The notes under the pieces: generated by a model
Database searches by the model: none
Told to the model about the DNA's origin: nothing
Seen by the model: only the letters and a program-made list of their open reading frames with translations
Assembly: GCA_964358625.1 (NCBI GenBank)
Contig: CAYHPG010000001.1
Span: 1 to 35,221, forward strand
Source of the DNA: an uncultured Gammaproteobacteria bacterium
GTDB lineage: Bacteria > Patescibacteriota > Patescibacteriia > JACQSD01
Direction: 5' to 3'
DNA length: 35,221 nucleotides
Translations under genes and position numbers: made by a program
Shown: positions 24,995-32,450 of the stretch, piece by piece
How positions within the stretch are numbered: position 1 is the first letter of the stretch
Layout of the letters: the number at the start of each line of letters is the position of its first letter

Positions 24995-26910
24995 TCGACA
25001 ATAGCTTTAATGCGCCGTATGCCAGCAGATACCGCCTCTTCTTTCACAATTTTAAATTTCCCCACCTGCCCTGTGTGCTCCACATGTGGCCCACCGCAAA
25101 TTTCCACTGAAAAATAACTATGCCCTGAGCTTGTCGAAGGGTCACCCATAAAATACACTTTAATCTTTGCGCCAAGCTCTGCATACTTGTCATCAAAAAG
25201 CCCAATAGCACCACGAGTTTTCGCCTCTTCAACGGTGAGCATCTCAAAATGCACGGGAAGATCGCGACGTACTTGCTCATTCACAATATCTTCCGCTTTC
25301 TTTATTTCTTCCGGCGTCATCTTATTCGGATGGATAAAATCAAATCGCAAGCGCTCTTTCGTGATATTACTCCCCTTTTGATACACATGATTCCCCAGCA
25401 CATCGCGTAGCGCCTGATGGACAAGATGCGTTGCCGTATGTTGGCGAACAACTTCCCACGAGTGATCCGCAAGTCCGCCGGCGAATTTCTGCGTCGCGCC
25501 GGCGCGAGAGAGGTCTTGGTGTTTTTTGAAATATTCGTCAAACTCTTTTTTAAATTCTTTTTCATCTACTACAAGTGCTCTTCGCGCAAGCTCCTCCTGG
25601 ATCATTTCCAATGGAAAACCATATGTTTGATAAATATCAAATGCCCGTTTTGCATCAACGCGGTTAAAGATAGGATACTCCTGCCCTTCTTCTATCCGCT
25701 CGATCTTTCCGATACGTATAAGACTCTCAAGTTTTTTCAATCCCTTTTCGAGTGTCCGATCAAACTTCTCTTCTTCTTTTATAAGCTCGGCAAATACTTT
25801 TTCTTTATTACGCTCCACTTCCGGATATACGTCACGAAAAATTGTAACAACGGCGCTTGCAACGTCCGCACAAAATTTACCCTTGAGCCCCAACTGCCGA
25901 GCATAGCGAATCGCCCGCCGTATCAATCGCCGCACTACATACCCTTGATCCACGTTCGAGGGAACGATCCCACGATCATCCGCCATAATCATCGTCGCCG
26001 TGCGCAAATGATCCGCGACAATCCGCATCGCCCGTTGCTCAATCTTACGAGGTCCGACCTCATAAGATTGATACTGTTTCCCCGATAATTGCTCAACTTT
26101 TTGAATAAGTGGCCAAAACGTATCAATTTGAAAAACATCGTGATATCCGTTCAATGCAACAAGCGTCCGCTCCAAGCCCATCCCGGTATCAACATTTTTT
26201 TGCCTTAACGGAACAAACTCATATTCCGACCCCTGACTTTCGACTTTCGACTTTACAGACTTTACGACTTTATTGTATTGCATGAAGACGTCGTTCCAAA
26301 TCTCGAGCCAATTGTCTTCGTCCGTTGCGGGGTTGCTCGACTCCGGCGGATACTCTCCTTCCCCAGTCCAATAAAACATTTCCGTGTCCGGCCCGCATGG
26401 CCCTGTTTGCCCTGCTGGCCCCCACCAATTATTTTTCTTCGGAAGATAGGCGATCTTATGCTCCGGAACACCCACCGACTTCCAGATGTTCGCTGACTCT
26501 TCATCGCGCGGGGCATCAGCATCCCCTTCAAATACCGACACCGCAAGCTTCTTCGGATCAATGCCAAGCCATTTTTTTGCAGCCAAAAACTCCCAGCTCC
26601 ACTGGATTGCGTCTTTCTTAAAGTAGTCACCCAAAGACCAGTTCCCCAGCATCTCAAAAAATGTGTCGTGGCGATTGTCCCCGACCTCGTCAATATCCTG
26701 CGTACGCACCGATTTTTGCGCATTCGCCAACCGCTTGCCCCCCGGATGCGGTTCACCTAAAAGATACGGCACGAGCGGATGCATCCCGGCGGTCGTAAAC
26801 AACACCGTCGGATCATTTTCCGGAATCAAAGAAGCGGAAGGGATCACCGTATGCCCCTTCTCTTTAAAAAATCGTAAATACTTTTCACGGAGTTCGTTTG
26901 AGGTCATCAT
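24991..26910 (-). CDS. alaS: alanine--tRNA ligase, short form ending after the editing domain
   Basis: The protein begins [43 protein letters not shown]. It also contains DTGMGLER, editing-domain [12 protein letters not shown] and CGGPHV, and it ends ...[10 protein letters not shown]. The track ORF (to 27123) adds 71 implausible residues that overlap the receiver gene. Confidence 0.9.
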   Translation of the reverse strand: [639 protein letters not shown]

Positions 26911-26963
26911 GCAAAGAATGATAGCAAAATGAAAGAAAAAAGAAAAGTTTTTAAATTGAAGAA

Positions 26964-26988
26964 GCCCGTTGTAAACGTACAGCCGGGC
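26964..26988 (-). terminator. possible terminator hairpin after the receiver gene
   Basis: The stem is GCCCG...CGGGC with an inner TGTA/TACA pairing, and the sequence after it on the minus strand is T-rich. The evidence is weak. Confidence 0.3.
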
Positions 26989-26998
26989 CTCGATATCT

Positions 26999-27364
26999 TT
27001 ACCTCGGCGCGGTGCCGAAAAGGAGATTCCGTATAAGCGGCGGGACCTCCCATGGTGCCGCGCGATGACTCGCGCCATCATTGAGAAGCGCCGTTGTAAA
27101 TGAGGAGTCGGTTGACTTCGCAATGATAGGTTCTTTAAACCCTTTCTCGCGGATCAACCGTACAAGCGCTTGCGTATTGGGCTTATTACCCGGTACACAG
27201 CAATCAACGACCATGAGCGCAAAATCGAGCGATCCTCCCACGATGCGCTCCGCGTCTTCGATCGTGCTTGACGAAACGATCTCTACCTCATTCTTGAGAA
27301 GACCCATCCATGCCTTAACGAACAGCTCCTCGTCCTCCACGATGAGCACTTTTGGCTTCTCCAT
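26999..27364 (-). CDS. stand-alone response-regulator receiver domain (atypical)
   Basis: The 121-aa ORF has KVLIVEDEE (acidic pocket), a putative phospho-acceptor in ALMVVDCCVPG and IIAKSTD. I could not find the conserved K-P. No output domain and no adjacent kinase are present. Confidence 0.65.
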   Translation of the reverse strand: MEKPKVLIVEDEELFVKAWMGLLKNEVEIVSSSTIEDAERIVGGSLDFALMVVDCCVPGNKPNTQALVRLIREKGFKEPIIAKSTDSSFTTALLNDGASHRAAPWEVPPLIRNLLFGTAPR

Positions 27365-27386
27365 CCACTACCCTCCTAAAAAATTC

Positions 27387-29222
27387 CTAACGCTTCCACC
27401 GCTTTGTCGGATGAATCACGACACCTCGTTTATGATGCAGGAAATTACGGATAGTGTCAATGGGATACCCGCCGTATATATAGGCGCGCAGGGCTGTCGT
27501 CCATTCACCAGGTTTAAGTTTAGGACGACGCCAACCAAAGGATTTTCCAACGGCATTCCACATGCGCTTTTCCGCTACTTTTTCTTCCCTGCTACTTTTA
27601 CGCATCACGCCATAGAATGATGGACGATCTGGCGCAGTAAAAAGTGGTGTGGGTGCCGCTTCTGCTGCAAACAATGTCCGAACCTTCGGCAAAGGGAGCA
27701 CAGGGGTAAATCCACCCGGGACAGGCGCCGCAAACTGTGGTGCCAAAGCAAGAGGGATGGTTATTGCATAAACTTCCTCGTTGAAATCGACGTTCCCTTT
27801 TGCGTCTTCTGCGCGAATCACATAACGATAGAGAACACCGCGCCCTCCTTGCGTATCAATAAATGTCTGTACACCTCGCGCAACGCGCCCATAGATCTTC
27901 CCCCCATCAACCGGTGTTGTCCCTCCGCGATTCCGAAGAATCATCATACTCGCAAGATCATCGTCCGATGGATCGTGCCACGTAATCGTAATTACGCCAT
28001 CATGTTCCTGCAATACAACATTCGTTGGCGCTCCGGGGGCCGTAACATCGCGCTCGGATTTTACCGGTTCTGTTGTAACACTTGGCTCTCCTGGTTCTCC
28101 TTTCACTGGTTGCGGAAGTTCCGGTGGCGCGCTTGGGGGAATGCTCGGCGGTGGAAGTACCGGAGCTGTTACAACACCCCAATACTTTACCAGAACATCA
28201 AGCGCTGGTTTTTTTCTATTCAAATTATGATCTTTATCCGTCGTTCCGCCAATCCACGGCTTAATATTCCACATCCACCAAACAATGCCCGTCACCCACG
28301 GCGTATCTTTCCATGTATCTAAGAGCGCCTCAATGCCGTCTGCTTGTTCCTGCAGATCCACTTTTGCAACCGGATTGCACCACCAGGTGATGCGTGTGCC
28401 GCCGTCGCAACTTTTGTATCCCGCTTCAGTAAAAATCACCGGCTTTTGGTATCGGTCATGCACCGCAGTTATCTGATCAATCCACCGCTCTTCTCTCCCT
28501 TCGTATTGGATACTCTTCCACCCCGAACGCATGTCGGCAAATCTCGAGGCATTCGTTGTAGACACGGGAAAGTACGCCTGAATGCCGATAAAATCAAGCG
28601 CGTCCCACCAATTTATTTTTTCATACTCCGCATTCCCCTTCGTCCCCCAGTTCGCTCCATAGCCGATTGCGCCGTGATATTCCTGCCGAACCGCGCGAAT
28701 GATGTCGCGCCACTTTTCCGCATACTGCGGAGTGGAAAGGGTAGCGTACTCTGAACCAATGACATACGATGCGACACGCAAACGTTCAGCCATCTTTGCG
28801 TAATACACCGCAAAACTTTTATAGCTTGCAAACCATGCTGTCGGATTCGACGGCTGAAACTGTCCGCGCCACACGCCGTTCTCTGCATCCACATACGGCT
28901 TCAGCATAACCTTTAATCCGTTATCATGTGCGAGCGCAATGACATGCTCGACGCTCGCGTCTGTCGCAGTGCGATCTCGATGCGCGCGCATCGTCGTTGC
29001 GAACTGATCCGTTTGATACCAAAACGGCTCGACCGCAACCACGTTCGGCTTTGTCGCGAGCATCTCACGAAACGAATCATCAGACCACGACTGGCTGTAC
29101 GAATCAAACCACCATGAGGGAAAATTAAACCCCATGGAAAATGACATGTCGTATGCGGCATTGCTATACGAAGGCAAGAGCAAAATGCCCAGTAATACGA
29201 TGGTATACAAATATTTTTTCAT
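27387..29222 (-). CDS. secreted glycoside-hydrolase-like protein (clan GH-A TIM-barrel-like) with an Fn3-like domain
   Basis: It has a signal peptide (MKKYLYTIVLLGILLLPSYSNA). IGSEY and FTEAGY resemble clan-A acid/base and nucleophile strands. A Pro-rich linker follows, then an Fn3-like segment (APGAPTNVVLQEHDGVITITWHDPSDDD). The GH family assignment is uncertain. Confidence 0.7.
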   Translation of the reverse strand: MKKYLYTIVLLGILLLPSYSNAAYDMSFSMGFNFPSWWFDSYSQSWSDDSFREMLATKPNVVAVEPFWYQTDQFATTMRAHRDRTATDASVEHVIALAHDNGLKVMLKPYVDAENGVWRGQFQPSNPTAWFASYKSFAVYYAKMAERLRVASYVIGSEYATLSTPQYAEKWRDIIRAVRQEYHGAIGYGANWGTKGNAEYEKINWWDALDFIGIQAYFPVSTTNASRFADMRSGWKSIQYEGREERWIDQITAVHDRYQKPVIFTEAGYKSCDGGTRITWWCNPVAKVDLQEQADGIEALLDTWKDTPWVTGIVWWMWNIKPWIGGTTDKDHNLNRKKPALDVLVKYWGVVTAPVLPPPSIPPSAPPELPQPVKGEPGEPSVTTEPVKSERDVTAPGAPTNVVLQEHDGVITITWHDPSDDDLASMMILRNRGGTTPVDGGKIYGRVARGVQTFIDTQGGRGVLYRYVIRAEDAKGNVDFNEEVYAITIPLALAPQFAAPVPGGFTPVLPLPKVRTLFAAEAAPTPLFTAPDRPSFYGVMRKSSREEKVAEKRMWNAVGKSFGWRRPKLKPGEWTTALRAYIYGGYPIDTIRNFLHHKRGVVIHPTKRWKR

Positions 29223-29226
29223 ATCT

Positions 29227-29374
29227 ACTGTGAATTACGAAACTCTCTTTATTCCCTCTCCCTCAATGGGAGAGGGTTAGGGTGAGGGTGGAAATAAGGG
29301 GCTTTTTTTACACACCCTCCCCTTAGTCCCCTCCCATCAAGGGAGGGGAAAACCGGAGTTTCGTAATTCACAGT
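29227..29374. mobile_element. MITE-like 148-bp composite palindrome with 19-bp terminal inverted repeats
   Basis: The TIRs are ACTGTGAATTACGAAACTC (29227-29245) and GAGTTTCGTAATTCACAGT (29356-29374). ATCT flanks both sides. The three internal hairpins are CCCTCTCCC/GGGAGAGGG, GAGGGTG/CACCCTC and TCCCCTCCC/GGGAGGGGA. Confidence 0.55.
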
Positions 29375-29917
29375 ATCTACTTTTACCCTAATACTTTGAC
29401 GGAAAAAAGCAAGTTACAAAAAAAGAACCCGGGTGAAACACGGCGTTGTTAACCTTCCCGAATTAACACGCAATGCTCCACCCAGGGATACAAAATGGGA
29501 GAGTGAATTTCAGTCTTTTCTTCTGCAGGGGTCCATTTATAAAGTTGAGCATATACTATCGTGACAAGAAAATTTCTTTTCTTATATGGATAGTATGCCT
29601 TTCTTCAAGAATCCCCTGTAAAAGACAGCCAGTTGCTGCCGGTTCCTAAGTGCGCATACGTTTATCCCGCATGGGTTAAAAGCCCATTTGGCAAGGGATT
29701 CCTTTCGCTCGCTGGTAGGTCCAGAAAGCACGGGTTCTGTTTAAGGCATTGCCATTGGAGAAAGAAAAATAAATTCTCCCATCCACAGAACCTTTATAAG
29801 GAATCCAACAAACGGCGACTTAAGCAGTAACCGCACCTCTGACTTTCACTCACCCTCCCGAATAAAGAACGATCTGATTAGTATCAGAAAGGAGCATAAC
29901 AGAAGGAGTAAAAAGCG

Positions 29918-30292
29918 TCAAGCGGTCTCAATCACCTCGCCCAAATGCTCCTTCCATCTCTCCTTGGTCCAGAGCTCAAGCACATCGTTTTCCCACACGA
30001 GCACGACCGTTTTTTCGGTAAAATACGATCGCAGTTCGAGTGGGATATACGTCCGCCAAACTCTATCAATACGCAACGGCATGACGATCTTGCTTCTCCC
30101 TCCTTTCCTTTCCCATGCCTGCGTATCCGCGTAGATGCAAAGATTCGTTGCGCAGACTGACTGCTCCCCGAATACTTCGCGCAACGCGACCGGCAGTACG
30201 AAACGCCGAGCATCATCCATCCGGAGGATGAAGGCGCCGTAACATACCCCAGAAACTTTCTCCAAAACACCCTCTCTTGATCCCCCGGTCAC
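29918..30292 (-). CDS. MraZ-like protein (two SpoVT/AbrB-like half-domains)
   Basis: The 124-aa ORF has RMDDARRFVLPVALREVFG and RIDRVWRTYIPLELRSYFTEKTVVLVWENDVLELWTKERWKE. These mirror the duplicated MraZ pattern (LDxKGRxxIPxxxR ... IEIWxxxxW). It has a GTG start and no dcw genes nearby. Confidence 0.6.
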   Translation of the reverse strand: MTGGSREGVLEKVSGVCYGAFILRMDDARRFVLPVALREVFGEQSVCATNLCIYADTQAWERKGGRSKIVMPLRIDRVWRTYIPLELRSYFTEKTVVLVWENDVLELWTKERWKEHLGEVIETA

Positions 30293-30346
30293 GCTTTCGC
30301 AGACGTATCACTCTTCACGCTTTCGCGTGAGGAAGATAATAAAGCT

Positions 30347-30514
30347 TTATAATTCGAATGGCCATCCATGTGCGACACGCCGTTGATGCGCGCGCTCCAT
30401 CCGCTTCTCTCGACCGAGGCTCCTACGATAATGCCAGACCCCGAGCGCGACTCCGATCGCGAAGAGCAATAACCACCCAGGCCAATAGAGCAAAAACGCC
30501 ACTGTCTTTCCCAT
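30347..30514 (-). CDS. 55-aa single-TM protein
   Basis: It is below the track cutoff. The sequence is MGKTVAFLLYWPGWLLLFAIGVALGVWHYRRSLGREKRMERAHQRRVAHGWPFEL. It is preceded by a strong SD (gttAAGGAGGggcgATG). Confidence 0.55.
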   Translation of the reverse strand: MGKTVAFLLYWPGWLLLFAIGVALGVWHYRRSLGREKRMERAHQRRVAHGWPFEL

Positions 30515-30577
30515 CGCCCCTCCTTAACTATCGAAACCTTTCAGAAAGAGGATTGCGAGACCACCCCGCAATCATTT

Positions 30578-30820
30578 TCACGCAGCGTTCGGATTGTTCT
30601 CCACCTTTTCGATGGAAAGTTTGCCGTGCCGCAGACGGACATGAAGGGCAAGTAACGACTCGTCATTTGCCCACTCGTAGTTCGTCCAGCGAATGCCGCA
30701 GCTGCAGCATTCCCGACGACGCCGGATTCCGTCTTTGACGGCACGACTGTCGACGACCTTCGCCTTCCCTTTGCACTTCGGACAACGAATCCCCTTCTCT
30801 TCTTGGGACGAACCAGACAT
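30578..30820 (-). CDS. NrdR-like zinc-ribbon protein without an ATP-cone
   Basis: The 80-aa protein starts at an internal ATG preceded by aGAAGGAGGtatcgcccATG. [39 protein letters not shown] parallels the NrdR N-terminus (CPxC..TKVIDSR....RRRRxCxxC..RFTTFE). The longer track ORF (to 31063) is an Arg-rich GC artefact. Confidence 0.65.
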   Translation of the reverse strand: MSGSSQEEKGIRCPKCKGKAKVVDSRAVKDGIRRRRECCSCGIRWTNYEWANDESLLALHVRLRHGKLSIEKVENNPNAA

Positions 30821-30900
30821 GGGCGATACCTCCTTCTTTTGATCCCCCGGTCCATCCCTCCTCAATTCCGACACCGTGCCGGAACCCACCCTCGCGCTAC

Positions 30901-31170
30901 TCAACCTTTCTTCCACCACTCGCCGTCGTCTTCTGTGTCTCCCTCCGGAGACCAGTGCACGACGTCCGGTGGTGAAACCCGTTCCTTTGCGTACATCTTC
31001 CACCAGCCGACAACGCTTATGATCGTGTCCGAGGTCATGATGTACTCTCGGACAAACACCCACGAATAGAATCGGCGAGCGTAGTCTTTAGCGAAAAAAA
31101 CATAAAACACTGCGATGCCGATCATCGCGGGGACTCCAATCCCATACATCAAGAAGTTTTCCATAGGCAT
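30901..31170 (-). CDS. 89-aa single-TM protein with an acidic, Trp-rich tail
   Basis: The protein begins [30 protein letters not shown]. Its ATG lies after gccGGGGaATG, 11 nt downstream of the preceding mini-ORF stop. Confidence 0.5.
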   Translation of the reverse strand: MPMENFLMYGIGVPAMIGIAVFYVFFAKDYARRFYSWVFVREYIMTSDTIISVVGWWKMYAKERVSPPDVVHWSPEGDTEDDGEWWKKG

Positions 31171-31180
31171 TCCCCGGCTT

Positions 31181-31297
31181 TCAGTCTTTACTACGGATTT
31201 CTCGTATCGTAGCCCACACTGCACATCCAAGGGCAATAACGCACCCAAGGATAACCGTGCCTGTAATGCCGTAAAAAAGATACGCTTGCCAGATCAC
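31181..31297 (-). CDS. 38-aa single-TM mini-protein (GTG start)
   Basis: GAGGAGGGGaagacGTG follows directly after the mnmA stop. The product reads (M)IWQAYLFYGITGTVILGCVIALGCAVWATIREIRSKD. It is below the track cutoff. Confidence 0.4.
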   Translation of the reverse strand: MIWQAYLFYGITGTVILGCVIALGCAVWATIREIRSKD

Positions 31298-31309
31298 GTC
31301 TTCCCCTCC

Positions 31310-32449
31310 TCAAACAATCACGCCGCCGCCAAGCATGTGTTCTCCCTGATAGAAAACACATGCCTGCCCGGGCGTAACTGCGCGTTGCGGGTTTTTGAAC
31401 TCGACGGTAACCCCCTCTCCCGCTCTCTTCACTGTCGCCTCCTGCAACGCTTGACGATAGCGTATTCTTGCCTTGCAGTCAAGAGGAAAAGTTTGCACAT
31501 CACGGGAAATCCAATGAATACTCTCAAGAAATGCTTCTTTACGATACAGCGCCGCGTCCTCTTTCCCTTGCGCAACAATAACTCTATTCGCTACAACATT
31601 TTTCTCTACAACAAAATACGGTGTTCCGCCACCCGGACTTCCGATGCCATGACGCTGGCCGATTGTCATGTAGTGCGCCCCTTCATGCGTTCCCACCACT
31701 TCCCCGCTTGTGGTTACGAGTGCACCCTCTCGCGGCGCTAATCGCGTCTTCAAAAAATCTCGCACCGGAATCTTCCCCAAAAAACATAATCCTTGGCTGT
31801 CCTTGCGATTCGCCGTCGGCAACCCCCACTCTTTTGCCATTTTCCGCACCTCCGTCTTCGTATACTCACCAATTGGAAACAGCACGTAACGTAATTGCTC
31901 TTGAGTAAGTGAATAGAGAAAATAACTTTGATCTTTATTTAAGTCCTTCGCTTTGAGAAGCGCATAGGGGTGACACGCGGAGGGGGTCCCACCGCCCGCC
32001 CCAGCAGGTCCCTGACCGATGCGGTCGGATGGGGGTGTAGCGTGGCAGGACCCCGAACCATGAGTTAATCGAACATAATGTCCAGTAGCAATTGCGTCCG
32101 CACCCTCTGCAAGCGCGCGCTTCAAAAAAATCCCAAACTTGATTTCCCGATTACACATGATGTCCGGGTTCGGCGTCCGCCCTGCTTCATACTCCGCAAA
32201 AAAATACGACACTACCTTCTCGTAATATTCCCGCGACACATCCCACACTTCAAATGGAATTTTTAAGTGCTCTGCAACCGCGCTCGCATACCGAACATCC
32301 TCCTCCCACGGACAGCCCTGCATTAAATCCTCCAAATCCGGCGACCACACTTTCAAATACACGCCACGCACAACATGGCCCTCTTTTTGCAAGAGGGCCG
32401 CTGCGACAGAGGAATCCACTCCACCTGATAAACCCACAAATACTTTCAT
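31310..32449 (-). CDS. mnmA: tRNA 2-thiouridine(34) synthase MnmA with a GC-rich internal insertion
   Basis: The protein contains VGLSGGVDSSVAA (PP-loop), GRTPNPDIMCN, ATGHY, NKDQSYFLY and DSQGLCFLG. There are about 25 extra residues between GHYVR and LLKAKDLNKDQSYFLY. Confidence 0.9.
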   Translation of the reverse strand: MKVFVGLSGGVDSSVAAALLQKEGHVVRGVYLKVWSPDLEDLMQGCPWEEDVRYASAVAEHLKIPFEVWDVSREYYEKVVSYFFAEYEAGRTPNPDIMCNREIKFGIFLKRALAEGADAIATGHYVRLTHGSGSCHATPPSDRIGQGPAGAGGGTPSACHPYALLKAKDLNKDQSYFLYSLTQEQLRYVLFPIGEYTKTEVRKMAKEWGLPTANRKDSQGLCFLGKIPVRDFLKTRLAPREGALVTTSGEVVGTHEGAHYMTIGQRHGIGSPGGGTPYFVVEKNVVANRVIVAQGKEDAALYRKEAFLESIHWISRDVQTFPLDCKARIRYRQALQEATVKRAGEGVTVEFKNPQRAVTPGQACVFYQGEHMLGGGVIV

Positions 32450-32450
32450 A

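Noticed and set aside
26911-27123. A 71-codon N-terminal extension of the alaS ORF in the track.
   Set aside because: The canonical AlaRS N-terminus begins at the [11 protein letters not shown] methionines (26910/26907). The extension is Arg-rich and overlaps the receiver-domain gene.
29700-29740. An SRP RNA hypothesis, based on GGUAGGUCCAGAAAGCACGGG on the plus strand.
   Set aside because: The region lacks the GGAA tetraloop closing pairs and the GGAAGCAGC helix-8 consensus.
29735-29860. An RNase P RNA hypothesis, based on GUGAAAGUC and ACAGAACCCG on the minus strand, which resemble the two P4 strands.
   Set aside because: The two motifs are only about 110 nt apart, whereas RNase P needs roughly 250-300 nt between them. 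The full GAGGAAAGUCCGGGC consensus is absent.
27387-29917. A search for a DGR variable or template repeat inside the window (C-terminus of the hydrolase-like protein, the 540-nt non-coding stretch, and the C-termini of the envelope proteins).
   Set aside because: By eye I found no pair of roughly 100-bp near-repeats differing at adenines, no AAC-rich tract and no lectin-fold-like C-terminus. A proper computational repeat search is still needed.
30358-31063. The long ORFs 30358-30738 (plus), 30541-30855 (minus) and the 161-aa form of 30578-31063.
   Set aside because: They are Arg/Pro/Ser-rich products typical of stop-free frames in GC-rich DNA. The SD-led internal start at 30820 gives a clean NrdR-like zinc ribbon instead.
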